64,000 nt of DNA from an uncultured delta proteobacterium (GTDB lineage: Bacteria; Desulfobacterota; Syntrophia; Syntrophales; UBA2192), in NCBI GenBank assembly GCA_963705165.1, contig CAVPJD010000031.1, positions 100,872 through 164,871 on the forward strand, written 5' to 3'. A program made the translations under genes and the position numbers. The notes beneath the pieces are model-generated. The model was not told where the DNA came from. It searched no databases and worked only from the letters and a program-made list of their open reading frames with translations. Each line of letters starts with the position of its first letter. The stretch's first letter is position 1. This document shows, piece by piece, positions 48,937 through 57,858 of this stretch.

Positions 48937-49395
48937 TCACGGCAGATAGGCCCCGCAGCAGACAATCAGGCTCCCCTCTTTCTGACAGTAGGTGATCTTG
49001 GCCTCCTCCTGACGGGTCATCGGATTCATGTAGGTATAGTCGACCCATCCCGAACCCCGGCTGGTGGAGAGATCCACGATTTCCTTCCTGAAAAGCTTTC
49101 CCTTGCTGTCGGGCTCGCCATAGAGATTCCGGCCGATCAGTTTCGGGTTCGGGTGGCCCCTCATGACGCCCTTCAGGTCGTAGGCAAACACGTACAGATC
49201 ACGCCACTGGAACTTTCCGTTGGGTTTGTCGAATTCCTGAAGGGACTTCTCCTCGCCATTGGCCTTGAGATAGGCAACGGCCTGCGCCACCATGTTCTTC
49301 GCTTCCATGGGCGTGCCGACGCCGTATCCCTGGGCACGCGCCGAACCCGCTGCAAAGAGGAGCAGTAAGACGGATATGAAAATCTTCTTCATCAT
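48937..49395 (-). CDS. Stand-alone periplasmic single Cache domain protein
   Basis: Signal peptide; DLYVFAYD..G....HP.P.L.G, D..GK.F, GWVDY...NP. Confidence 0.88.
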   Translation of the reverse strand: MMKKIFISVLLLLFAAGSARAQGYGVGTPMEAKNMVAQAVAYLKANGEEKSLQEFDKPNGKFQWRDLYVFAYDLKGVMRGHPNPKLIGRNLYGEPDSKGKLFRKEIVDLSTSRGSGWVDYTYMNPMTRQEEAKITYCQKEGSLIVCCGAYLP

Positions 49396-49520
49396 GACCC
49401 TCGTGCCTCCTTCTTTCCGTATGGCCTATCGTACATTCGACCCAGCCCGAACCGACCGCACCAGTCCTTTTGCACTTTCGGCCGACGTGCTGGACCATGG
49501 CACATTGACAAGGATCGCTT

Positions 49521-49781
49521 CTAGAAATGATCGTACGTGAGGATAGGCAAATCCCCCTCGGGCAAAATCACATCCTCCTCATCACGGAGATATTTGAAGG
49601 AGAGATTCACCCTGACCCTGAATATCATCTTTCCTTTCGCCACGACGAGATCCTGCTTCACGACATCGGCGATCCTCATCTCTTCGAGGGATCTCGAGGC
49701 CTCCGCCACGACGTTCCGCGCGGCCTCCTCCCAGGAGTTGGGACTCGTTCCCACCAGCTCAACGAATCTATAGACGGACAT
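49521..49781 (-). CDS. Dodecin family protein with C-terminal extension
   Basis: VY..VELVGTSP.SWEEAA...A...L. Confidence 0.88.
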   Translation of the reverse strand: MSVYRFVELVGTSPNSWEEAARNVVAEASRSLEEMRIADVVKQDLVVAKGKMIFRVRVNLSFKYLRDEEDVILPEGDLPILTYDHF

Positions 49782-49811
49782 ACGCTCTCCTCCTTTCATC
49801 CCTCGATTCGG

Positions 49812-50024
49812 CTATGTTTCACTCTCGGCGAGATACTTGAATGAAAGATTCAGCTTCACCCTGAAGATGACTTTCCCCTTCGCGACGACGAGATCCTGAT
49901 TCACGACCTCGGCGATCCTCATCTCATCCAGGGATCTCCCTGCCTCTGCCACGACGTTCCGCGCGGCCTCCTCCCAGGATGTGGGACTCGTTCCCACCAG
50001 CTCGACGAATTTGTAAATGGACAT
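49812..50024 (-). CDS. Dodecin family protein
   Basis: IYKFVELVGTSPTSWEEAA; tandem paralog of neighbour. Confidence 0.9.
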   Translation of the reverse strand: MSIYKFVELVGTSPTSWEEAARNVVAEAGRSLDEMRIAEVVNQDLVVAKGKVIFRVKLNLSFKYLAESET

Positions 50025-50327
50025 AACCTTTCCTCCTTTCATGAAGCGGTTTCAGTCGGGTCAGTCGCGCAACAAAGGCGCCTGTGCGCCTTAACGGCTG
50101 GAGAACATGCCGGAAAATCGAAAGGCCTAAAGTTATCGATGCGTTACAGAAAGAAATCCAGCTTGAAGGGGTTTATTCAAGAAAGACAAGTCAACGCGAC
50201 CGTGCCCGGTGTCATCGCATTGAGTCATGGGAGATGGAGCGTGGATGGGCCGGGCCAAATTATTCTTACGCCTTTCGAAGACGAAAAGCAAGGGGCCTGC
50301 CTGTCACATGCTGAGTTTCTTCATTGC

Positions 50328-50450
50328 AGGCTGGTTAGAAATGTTCAGATGCAAGGCGTGCGAGGCCGAGGAGTGAGGCGTACATTGGGCGTACGCCGCA
50401 GCGACGCAGGCCGAAACACAACGCCGCAGATGGACGTTTATAACCAGTCT
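50328..50450. repeat. ~123-bp palindromic-end repeat element (MITE/REP-like), copy 1
   Basis: 20-bp terminal inverted arms AGGCTGGTTAGAAATGTTCA / TGGACGTTTATAACCAGTCT; core shared with copy 2. Confidence 0.78.
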
Positions 50451-50461
50451 CTCTTTTCTTG

Positions 50462-50586
50462 AGGGCGGGTCAAACATGCCCAGATGCTAGGCGCCCGACC
50501 GCCCGAGGAGCGAGGCGTACTTGGTCGGTACGTTGAGCGACGAGAACGGAGGGCAACAACGCAGATGGGTATGTTTCACCCGCCCT
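50462..50586. repeat. ~125-bp palindromic-end repeat element (MITE/REP-like), copy 2
   Basis: 21-bp arms AGGGCGGGTCAAACATGCCCA / TGGGTATGTTTCACCCGCCCT; core CAGATGC.AGGCG...GAGGAG.GAGGCGTAC...GTACG...GCGACG...CAAC..CGCAGATGG. Confidence 0.78.
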
Positions 50587-51570
50587 TCACATGCTGAGCT
50601 CGACGATGTCCCTGTCCTTGAGCACATGCGTCCTCTCCACGCGCATCCCGTCGAACTTGGCCGAGCCCCAGACGCGGGCGTACTTGAGCTTTGTCACGAA
50701 GTCCTTGTGAACCTTCTCCGCCACATCCATCACCGAGGATCCCACAGGGACCGTGTAGGGCATGGACAGGTCGGGATCCTTTCCCGGCGGCTTGGAGTAG
50801 ACGCGGATGATCCTTGCGAGTTTGAAGAGTTCCTGCTTCAGATCTTCCAGGCCGTCTTTCTTGAGACAGGAAAGGGCCACCACGGGATAACGGTTCCCAT
50901 ATGCATGCTTGAGCTTTTCGAAGTTTTCGGCGGCCCCGGTCTGGTCCTTTTTGTTGGCCGCCACCAGTGCCCGCTTCACCAGGACGCGGGGCTCTCCCTC
51001 TTTCGCACGCTCCGTCCGGATGTTCCACTTCCCGAGTTGATCCAGGATGAGTTCCAGTTGGATGTCTGCGTCCTCGGTGAGATCGATCACGATGAGCAGG
51101 CTGTCAGCGACTCTCATGATCCCGGACACCCAGCCATCGGTTGTCTCATTGGGTATGGGGGGAAGATCGACGAGCTGAAACTGGATGTCCTCGTAAGGCA
51201 TCATGCCGGGGCACGGCAGTAACGTGGAGAGCGGATAATCGGCGATGACGGGGGTGGCCTTGGTAAGGTTGGCTACGATGGAGGACTTGCCCGAGTTGGC
51301 AAAGCCGGTGAGCGCAATCTGCGCGGCGCCTTCCCGGGGGATGTTGAAAAGGCTGTCGCGGCCTCCGCCTTTCTTTTTGCGCTGCTCGAGGGCTTCCTTG
51401 TTGTGCTGGGAGAGCCGTCGGCGCAAGTCGGCCCGCAGGTGATCGGTGCCCTTGTGCTTGGGCACCGTGGCCATCAGGTCCTCCAGGGCGGCGATCTTCT
51501 CGGCAACCGTGGAAGCCTGCTTGTATCTCTTCTCTGCCGCGAAATAGTCGGGCGGAAGGTTGGCCGGCAT
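50587..51570 (-). CDS. DRG-like OBG-family GTPase with TGS domain
   Basis: PKHKGTDH, GFANSGKSS, ADYP.ST, DLPP, NKKD, RVYSK.PG...A.VWG...DIVEL. Confidence 0.88.
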   Translation of the reverse strand: MPANLPPDYFAAEKRYKQASTVAEKIAALEDLMATVPKHKGTDHLRADLRRRLSQHNKEALEQRKKKGGGRDSLFNIPREGAAQIALTGFANSGKSSIVANLTKATPVIADYPLSTLLPCPGMMPYEDIQFQLVDLPPIPNETTDGWVSGIMRVADSLLIVIDLTEDADIQLELILDQLGKWNIRTERAKEGEPRVLVKRALVAANKKDQTGAAENFEKLKHAYGNRYPVVALSCLKKDGLEDLKQELFKLARIIRVYSKPPGKDPDLSMPYTVPVGSSVMDVAEKVHKDFVTKLKYARVWGSAKFDGMRVERTHVLKDRDIVELSM

Positions 51571-51690
51571 TGGTCGATCTTCTCCCGAATGTCGGTCTGG
51601 CTTTTGGTGTGCCCATTCTAGGGCGGCCCATCGGACAAATCAAGCGAAAGAACGATGCCGCATCTAAAGTTCCAGGATGTAAGGAAGCGC

Positions 51691-52299
51691 CTACTCTTCT
51701 TCTTCCGCAACGGTCTGCGGCAGTTTCTTCAGATCGTAATTTTCGGCAGCCTTGATCCCCGCCCGCAGGGCCTTGAGGTTGATCTCCTCCGTGCCGGGCG
51801 GCACCCGGGAGATCACGGCCTCCTCGAGGCTCTCCTGGGAGACGTCTTTGCTGAGAAAGCCCAGGGCTCCCAGGGCCACCATGTTGGCCACCAGGTCCGT
51901 GCCGAATTCATCCCTCGCGATCTGCGTGAAGGGGATGGAAACGGTCTTTGCCGTGGGCACCTTGCTCACCAGCGTGCTGTCCACAATGAGAAGCCCCGTC
52001 GGCTTGAGATCCCCGAAATAGGTATTGACGGAGGCCTGGTTCATGGCCAGCAGGAAATCCGGCCTCGAGACCTTGGGATAGTCGATGGGTGCGTCGCTGA
52101 TGACGACCTCCGCCTTGCAGGTCCCTCCCCTCGCCTCGGGCCCGTAGCTCTGGGTCTGGCTCACCTGCTTGCCTTCATGGACACCGGCCGCCTCGGCGAG
52201 CACGATGGCCGCCATGATGATCCCCTGCCCCCCGGAACCGGCCAGGCGGATTTCGTGGCGCGTTGCCTTTTCCACAATCTTCTCCGGCATCTGCGTCAT
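51691..52299 (-). CDS. korC: 2-oxoacid:ferredoxin oxidoreductase gamma subunit
   Basis: EIRLAGSGGQG, QSYGPEARGG, NMVALG. Confidence 0.88.
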   Translation of the reverse strand: MTQMPEKIVEKATRHEIRLAGSGGQGIIMAAIVLAEAAGVHEGKQVSQTQSYGPEARGGTCKAEVVISDAPIDYPKVSRPDFLLAMNQASVNTYFGDLKPTGLLIVDSTLVSKVPTAKTVSIPFTQIARDEFGTDLVANMVALGALGFLSKDVSQESLEEAVISRVPPGTEEINLKALRAGIKAAENYDLKKLPQTVAEEEE

Positions 52300-53162
52300 C
52301 CTTCGCACCGTGCAGGGGGCTTCGGCTCGGCACTGATCCCCCTTGCCCGCTCGCGGACCTTTTCGTATTCTTCGTTGTACGAGGTTCTTTCGGAATCGGC
52401 CAGGACGCCGATGATGAACTTCCCCTGCAGCTCTTCGGGTTTCATCTTCGATGTGGCGTGCATCCTCACGGCGTTTTCCTTGAACCACTCGAGCATCTTC
52501 ACGGGGCTTGCCATCTTGTTTCTGCGGCCGAACTGGGTGTGGCAGTTGGAGAGCACCTCCACGGAGCTGAAGCCTTTCTTGCGGATGGCGCTCTCGATCA
52601 GCTGGTCGAGCAGGGCCGCATGGTACACGGTGCCCCGGGCGACGTAGGAGGCCTCCGCCGCAACGGCAAGGGCCGAGATGTCGAAGGCGTGCTCCACCAT
52701 CCCGTAGGGCGTCGTCGTCGTCGTCGAACCATAAGGCGTCGTGGGGGAATACTGGCCGCCCGTCATGCCGTAGATCTGGTTGTTCACGATGATGGCCGTC
52801 ATGTCCACGTTGCGGCGGGCGGAGTGGATGTAGTGGTTGCCGCCGATGGCCGTGGCGTCGCCGTCTCCCATGATGACGATGACCGTGAGGTCCTCGCGGG
52901 AGAGCTTGAGCCCTGTGGCGAAGGTGAGGGCCCGGCCATGGGGTGTGTGAAGCGTGTTGAAGTCGGCGTAGGTCGTCATTCTCCCCGCGCAGCCGATGCC
53001 GGAGACGAGGGCCACTTTGTTCTTGTCGAGGCCGAGACGGTCGATGGCGCGGATGAGCGATCCCAGGACGATGCCGTTGCCGCAGCCCGGACACCAGATG
53101 TGGGGAAACTTCTTGTCGTGCCGGAGGTACTTGTGTACGAGCCCGGTCATGCCCTCTGCCAT
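52296..53162 (-). CDS. korB: 2-oxoacid:ferredoxin oxidoreductase beta subunit
   Basis: WCPGCGNG, SGIGC, HGRA, GDGD, YGMTGGQYSPT. Confidence 0.92.
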   Translation of the reverse strand: MAEGMTGLVHKYLRHDKKFPHIWCPGCGNGIVLGSLIRAIDRLGLDKNKVALVSGIGCAGRMTTYADFNTLHTPHGRALTFATGLKLSREDLTVIVIMGDGDATAIGGNHYIHSARRNVDMTAIIVNNQIYGMTGGQYSPTTPYGSTTTTTPYGMVEHAFDISALAVAAEASYVARGTVYHAALLDQLIESAIRKKGFSSVEVLSNCHTQFGRRNKMASPVKMLEWFKENAVRMHATSKMKPEELQGKFIIGVLADSERTSYNEEYEKVRERARGISAEPKPPARCEG

Positions 53163-53175
53163 AGGTTGCTTCCTC

Positions 53176-54327
53176 TCAGTAGTACATCTTGATCAGACAG
53201 TCGCTGATCTCACGCGGGGTGATAAGGCGGCCGTCGACGCGGTTCAGGGTCTCCACGCGGGAGCTGTTCAGGTGCACGCGCTTGACCTCCCGGCTGATCT
53301 GCCCCATGTTCATCTCCGGGACGAGGACGGCCCGGCACTGTTGCAGGACCTTCTCCACGTAACGCCGGGGAAAGGGGAAGAGGGTGACGAGCTGCAGAAG
53401 ACCCGCCTTCACCCCGTGCTCCCGGGCCTCTATGACGGCCCGTCGGGACGAGCGGGCTACGGAACCGTAGGCGATCACGGCAATCTCGGCGTCCTCCATC
53501 ATGAAGGTCTCCACCCGCTGGATCTCGTGGAACCCCTGGGTGATCTTCCGGAAGAGCCTGCGCATCAGCACGTTGATCTCGTCGGAGCGCTGGGTGGGAA
53601 AACCCCTTTCGTCGTGCGTCAGTCCCGTCACGTGGTGGCGGTAACCGTCGCCGAAGGCGGCCATGGGGGGAACCCCCGTTCCCGTGTCCTCGTAGGGGAG
53701 ATACCACTCGGGCGGCACCGTCGGTTTTACGCGGTCGAAGACCTCGATCTCGTCGGGTGACGGCGGAACGAAGGTCTCCCGGGTGTGGGCAACGATTTCG
53801 TCGGAGAGGATGATGACGGGCACGCGGTATTTCTCGGCGAGGTTGAAGGCGAACACGGTGATCTCAAAGCAGTCGCGGACCGAAGAGACGGCCAGCACGA
53901 TGATGGGGTGATCGCCGTGAGTCCCCCAGCGGGCCTGCATCACATCGCCCTGGGAGGCCAGGGTGGGAAGCCCCGTGCTGGGCCCGCCCCGCATAACGTT
54001 CACGACGACGCAGGGGGTCTCGGCCATGCAGGCATAGCCGAGGTTCTCCTGCACCAGGGAAAAGCCGGGGCCGCTGGTGGCCGTCATGGCCTTCATGCCG
54101 GCCAGCGATGCCCCGATGACGGCCCCCATGCTGGCGATCTCGTCCTCCATCTGGATGAAGCTGCCGCCCACGGCCGGGAGCTTGAGAGCCATGTGCTCGG
54201 CAATCTCAGAGGCAGGGGTTATCGGGTAGCCGGCAAAGAACCTGCAGCCCGCGGCGAGCGCCCCTTCGGCAAGGGCCTCGTTTCCCTGGAGAAGCAGCAC
54301 CTTTCTGTCGTTCTTCCGTGCATTCAT
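53176..54327 (-). CDS. korA: 2-oxoacid:ferredoxin oxidoreductase alpha subunit
   Basis: GNEA, GYPITPASE, QMEDE, TSGPG, RGGPSTG.PT. Confidence 0.93.
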   Translation of the reverse strand: MNARKNDRKVLLLQGNEALAEGALAAGCRFFAGYPITPASEIAEHMALKLPAVGGSFIQMEDEIASMGAVIGASLAGMKAMTATSGPGFSLVQENLGYACMAETPCVVVNVMRGGPSTGLPTLASQGDVMQARWGTHGDHPIIVLAVSSVRDCFEITVFAFNLAEKYRVPVIILSDEIVAHTRETFVPPSPDEIEVFDRVKPTVPPEWYLPYEDTGTGVPPMAAFGDGYRHHVTGLTHDERGFPTQRSDEINVLMRRLFRKITQGFHEIQRVETFMMEDAEIAVIAYGSVARSSRRAVIEAREHGVKAGLLQLVTLFPFPRRYVEKVLQQCRAVLVPEMNMGQISREVKRVHLNSSRVETLNRVDGRLITPREISDCLIKMYY

Positions 54328-54626
54328 GACGATTTCCCCCCCGGTGCGGCATCCCGTTCCTGCACCGAGATTGCGAGATCAGGGCAGTGCATTTCGCAGA
54401 ACCGGCACCCGATGCACTCCTCGGGCTTGTCCACGTGCACGCCTTTGTCGTCGCAGCGATAGACCTGCTTCGGGCAGAAGGCCACGCAGATCCCGCATTT
54501 CTTGCACCAGGCCTGGATAATGAAGGGCCGGTAGCTCTTCTTCGGCTTTTCGGGCTTCCGGGCATCGCCCGCGCCGCCCGTCTCCTTGGAATCGGGTTTC
54601 GTTTTCGTAACCGGTGCTTTACCCAT
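54324..54626 (-). CDS. korD: 2-oxoacid:ferredoxin oxidoreductase delta (2x4Fe-4S) subunit
   Basis: WCKKCGICVAFCP, CIGCRFCEMHCPD. Confidence 0.88.
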   Translation of the reverse strand: MGKAPVTKTKPDSKETGGAGDARKPEKPKKSYRPFIIQAWCKKCGICVAFCPKQVYRCDDKGVHVDKPEECIGCRFCEMHCPDLAISVQERDAAPGGKSS

Positions 54627-54802
54627 GTCGGATCCTGTCTTCAGGCAGTTGGCTCCATTTGCGGAATCTCGGCTCATATCATGTCATTGGCGCTGCGACA
54701 AGCTTTTTTCGCACCCCTTTCGTACAGCCCGGGTAACGGCTCCGTACCCTAAAATCCCGTTGACCGGCTCCGGCGGGTCCGCTATACGTGGGGACGACAG
54801 GT

Positions 54803-55267
54803 ATGGACGAAAAAACCGTTATCATCGTTGTTGTGGCCCTTTTCATCGGCTTTATGGTCTTTTTCATCAGCCGGTCGGGGGATAACTACGGCATGCTCAA
54901 GCCCAGTGAAGCCGTCACGGCAGCCTTCGAGTCGCACCGCCCGGCGGCCGATCTCGATTACTGGTTCAGCGGACCGGAATCGCAGCCCATCGCAATCATC
55001 GCGGTGGAGAGAAGGTTCCGTTTCGACTCGGCTGATCACTGGGTGAGGGTAAACGAGGGGGAGGAACCATTGAAGAAACTGATCACGGGTATGCAGTCAA
55101 GGGCCCTGCAGTTGAATCGGAACCTCCGTGGCTTCGAGATGGTCGACCAGCGCGGCGAGCGCATCGGCGAGTGGTATTCCGCAGTGGGGATCCAGGCGGT
55201 GATCAAGAGAACGGGCATCGACAGCGTCGAGATCTGGCCGCCGTCACCGGCCAAGGTAGAGCCATAA
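54803..55267 (+). CDS. Membrane-anchored hypothetical protein
   Basis: N-terminal TM; Y.FSGP...P.AI, G..IG.WYS. Confidence 0.72.
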   Translation: MDEKTVIIVVVALFIGFMVFFISRSGDNYGMLKPSEAVTAAFESHRPAADLDYWFSGPESQPIAIIAVERRFRFDSADHWVRVNEGEEPLKKLITGMQSRALQLNRNLRGFEMVDQRGERIGEWYSAVGIQAVIKRTGIDSVEIWPPSPAKVEP

Positions 55268-55425
55268 TAAAGTGCCTGAGTGTCTGAGTGTTTAAGTGAT
55301 TGAGTGAAGATAAAGAATTTGCCTCCGGATCACGGTCTTAAGCGTTGTGCATTATCTCTTCACTCAGACACCGAGACACCGAGACACTCAGACACTTCTT
55401 TCACTGCCGCGCAGCGGCTCGTAAC

Positions 55426-55953
55426 TTACAGGCCTTTTTTCTCGAAGAACCAGAAGAGCCCCAGGAATCCTGCCGTGATGACCGCGATGACGGGCCAGGG
55501 CCCCACGCCCAGGGCCGTGGGAATCGTGATCTTGCCGTAATTGCCCCAGGTCAGGATTGTCGCCTTCACCAGCGGGTAGGCCTCCGCAAAGAAAGCCGCC
55601 CCCACGAGCATCCCCACCAGACCGAACAGCGCGTCCCAGCGACCCTCGGCAAGGGCACCCACGGCCGTCCCCGGGCAGTATCCCACGACGGCCCAGCCGA
55701 TGCCGTAAAGAATCCCTCCGATGATGTTGCCCCCGATGATCGTTTCCTTGATACTGAACTTGATGAGGCCGAACTCGAAGAGGCCGTAGAGCCCGATCAT
55801 GGCGACGAGGATTGCCGAGAGCATGAACTTCATGATCGTCATGTCGAGAAAACGCAGGGCGCCCACCTGCTTGTCGTAGCGGAGCACCTGCCCCTTCTGG
55901 AGGAGGAATCCGAAGATCACGCCGGTGATGAGGCCGGAAAGAAGCTCGTTCAT
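55426..55953 (-). CDS. YeeE/YedE sulfur-compound transporter half (second subunit)
   Basis: G.IFGFLLQ, D....K....AI, GG.L.G.G....GYCPGT. Confidence 0.9.
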   Translation of the reverse strand: MNELLSGLITGVIFGFLLQKGQVLRYDKQVGALRFLDMTIMKFMLSAILVAMIGLYGLFEFGLIKFSIKETIIGGNIIGGILYGIGWAVVGYCPGTAVGALAEGRWDALFGLVGMLVGAAFFAEAYPLVKATILTWGNYGKITIPTALGVGPWPVIAVITAGFLGLFWFFEKKGL

Positions 55954-56474
55954 CTTCTGTCACCTCCATAGAGGATTCGCGCCATGACGGCGCCGGCACC
56001 GAAGAAACAGACCAGGGCGATGTAACCGCTGACCGCTATTTGAGCCAGACCGCTCAAACCGTGGCCACTCGGTCAGCCGTCGGCCATGCGGGCCCCGAAC
56101 ATGAGCACGATGCCCCCGAGGAAGGCCGCAACCCAGCGCTTGGCCTTCGAAGACCCGAACCGGGACTCCCACATGGGCGGCACCGGGGTCAACTTGAAGT
56201 CTTTCGTAAATGCCGCCGCCGCCAGGGCCCCGAAGAAAATCCCGACGACGAACATCCACTGCCACTCGATCTTTATTTTTTCCTTCTTGTAGTACTCCTG
56301 CCCCGCCGCGTGCTCCGGCGCGATGGCCTGCTCGATCATCCCCGCCGTGCGGACGAAGGTCGTCGAGGCGCCGAAATACTTGCCCGTCAGGAATACCGAT
56401 GCCACCAGCAGCAAGCCCACCAGCCCGCCGGCGATGTAAGGGGACCAGCCCTTCCGCGTCATGACCTTCATCAA
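55950..56474 (-). CDS. YeeE/YedE transporter half, selenoprotein (UGA 56075-56073)
   Basis: W.PYIAG...FGARMADG-TGA-PSGHGLSG: UGA at the conserved GAR.A.GC.SGH Cys; read-through adds 40 codons and stops in an ATGA overlap with the partner gene. Confidence 0.9.
56039..56058 (-). promoter_or_regulatory. Bacterial SECIS element
   Basis: TTTGAGC-GGTCTG-GCTCAAA perfect 7-bp stem; loop starts 22 nt after UGA. Confidence 0.82.
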
Positions 56475-56570
56475 CTCCTCCTTCGATCATCCTGCGATCG
56501 TTGTGACTCTTGCGCCCTGCAGCGTAGCGGTGTGGATGGTGTCAGGTTGCAGGTGTCAGGTGACAGGAAA

Positions 56571-56619
56571 TTACCTGTTACCTGTTACCTGTTACCTGTT
56601 ACCTGTTACCTGTTACCTG
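56571..56619. repeat. Heptamer tandem repeat (TTACCTG)x7
   Basis: Seven perfect copies, preceded by degenerate inverted CAGGTNN copies at 56539-56567. Confidence 0.92.
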
Positions 56620-56627
56620 TTACCCAA

Positions 56628-57617
56628 TTATCCGCCCACCCGCAACACGATTTTGCCGAAATGCCGGTCCTCCTCCATCATCCGGTGGGCCGCCTGCACC
56701 TCCCCGAGGGGAAAAACCTTTTCGATGAGGGGAACGATGGTCCGGTCGGCAAACTTCGGCAAAGCCCGGCGGGTGAACTCAGCGACGATCTCGGCCTTCT
56801 CGGAGACGGGTCGGGAGCGGAGCACGGAGCCGATAATACGCTGGCGCTTCACCATCATGAGAGCCAGGTTCAGCTCTGCCTTGATCCCGCTCGTCACCCC
56901 GATGAGGACGAGCCTGCCTGCATAGGCCAGCGAGTTCATGTTCGGCTCCAGGTATTTCGCCCCGATGTGATCCAGGATGACATCGACGCCTTTCTTTCCG
57001 GTGAAATTCTTCACGGCCTCGGAGAAATCGGGCGTCTCCTTGTAGTTGATGACCCGGTCAACGCCGAGGGCTTTCACCCTGTCCAGCTTTTCGGGGGATG
57101 CCGTGACGATGAGTTTCGTCTTGGGCACAAGGGCCTTGCAGAGCTGCACTGCCGCCGTGTTGACTCCGCCGCCCCCGCCGTGAAGGAGCGCGATCTGACC
57201 GTCGGCCAGCTCCCCGAGGATGAAGACGTTCAAAAATGCCGTGATATAGGACTCACAGACGCAGGCAGCCTCCTCGAAACTCATGCTGTCGGGGATGCGC
57301 ATGGGGTGGTTCGCATAGGCCACGGCATACTCGGCATAGCCGCCTCCCCCCACGAGGGACATGACGCGCTCACCCTTTTTCCATCCGTTCACTCCGGGGC
57401 CGAGATCCTCGATAACACCCGCCACTTCGAGCCCCAGGATGTCTGATTCCCCCGGGGGCGGAGGGTATTTGCCGCCGCGCTGGACCAGGTCGGGCCGGTT
57501 GATGGAGGTGGCCATGACACGGATAAGCACCTGGCCCGCTGCCGGTTGTGGCTTCGGAACCTCCCCCATCTTCAGGACATCGACTCCTCCAAACCCTTCC
57601 ATCAGGACCGCTTTCAT
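56628..57617 (-). CDS. NAD(P)H-quinone oxidoreductase (zeta-crystallin/PIG3 type)
   Basis: NRPD..QR.G.YPPP.G, LGLEVAG, GGGYAEY, HGGGGGV, H.GKIVL. Confidence 0.92.
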   Translation of the reverse strand: MKAVLMEGFGGVDVLKMGEVPKPQPAAGQVLIRVMATSINRPDLVQRGGKYPPPPGESDILGLEVAGVIEDLGPGVNGWKKGERVMSLVGGGGYAEYAVAYANHPMRIPDSMSFEEAACVCESYITAFLNVFILGELADGQIALLHGGGGGVNTAAVQLCKALVPKTKLIVTASPEKLDRVKALGVDRVINYKETPDFSEAVKNFTGKKGVDVILDHIGAKYLEPNMNSLAYAGRLVLIGVTSGIKAELNLALMMVKRQRIIGSVLRSRPVSEKAEIVAEFTRRALPKFADRTIVPLIEKVFPLGEVQAAHRMMEEDRHFGKIVLRVGG

Positions 57618-57858
57618 GAATGCCTCCAGGCGAGTCAGGGTTGCCGGGGTTTGCACGCCCCCAGTAAAAAAGCAGGCCCGCGCGGCCTTGCTTACGTTAA
57701 AAGATACTCGCGCCGGCGGGCGGAGTCAACGGGATTGTGCGACCCAGGAAAAGGAAAGAAAGCTACCCTGGATTGCGGCTTCCTGTATTGACGGAAGCAT
57801 CCGCATGTTCTAAGCTGTCTTCACGTTCAAGCAAAGCGAATTGCTGTCGAATACGGAT

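Noticed and set aside
51691-53094. 467-aa ORF as one protein
   Set aside because: Only the last ~202 codons (from ATG 52299) are the gamma subunit; the rest overlaps the beta gene in another frame.
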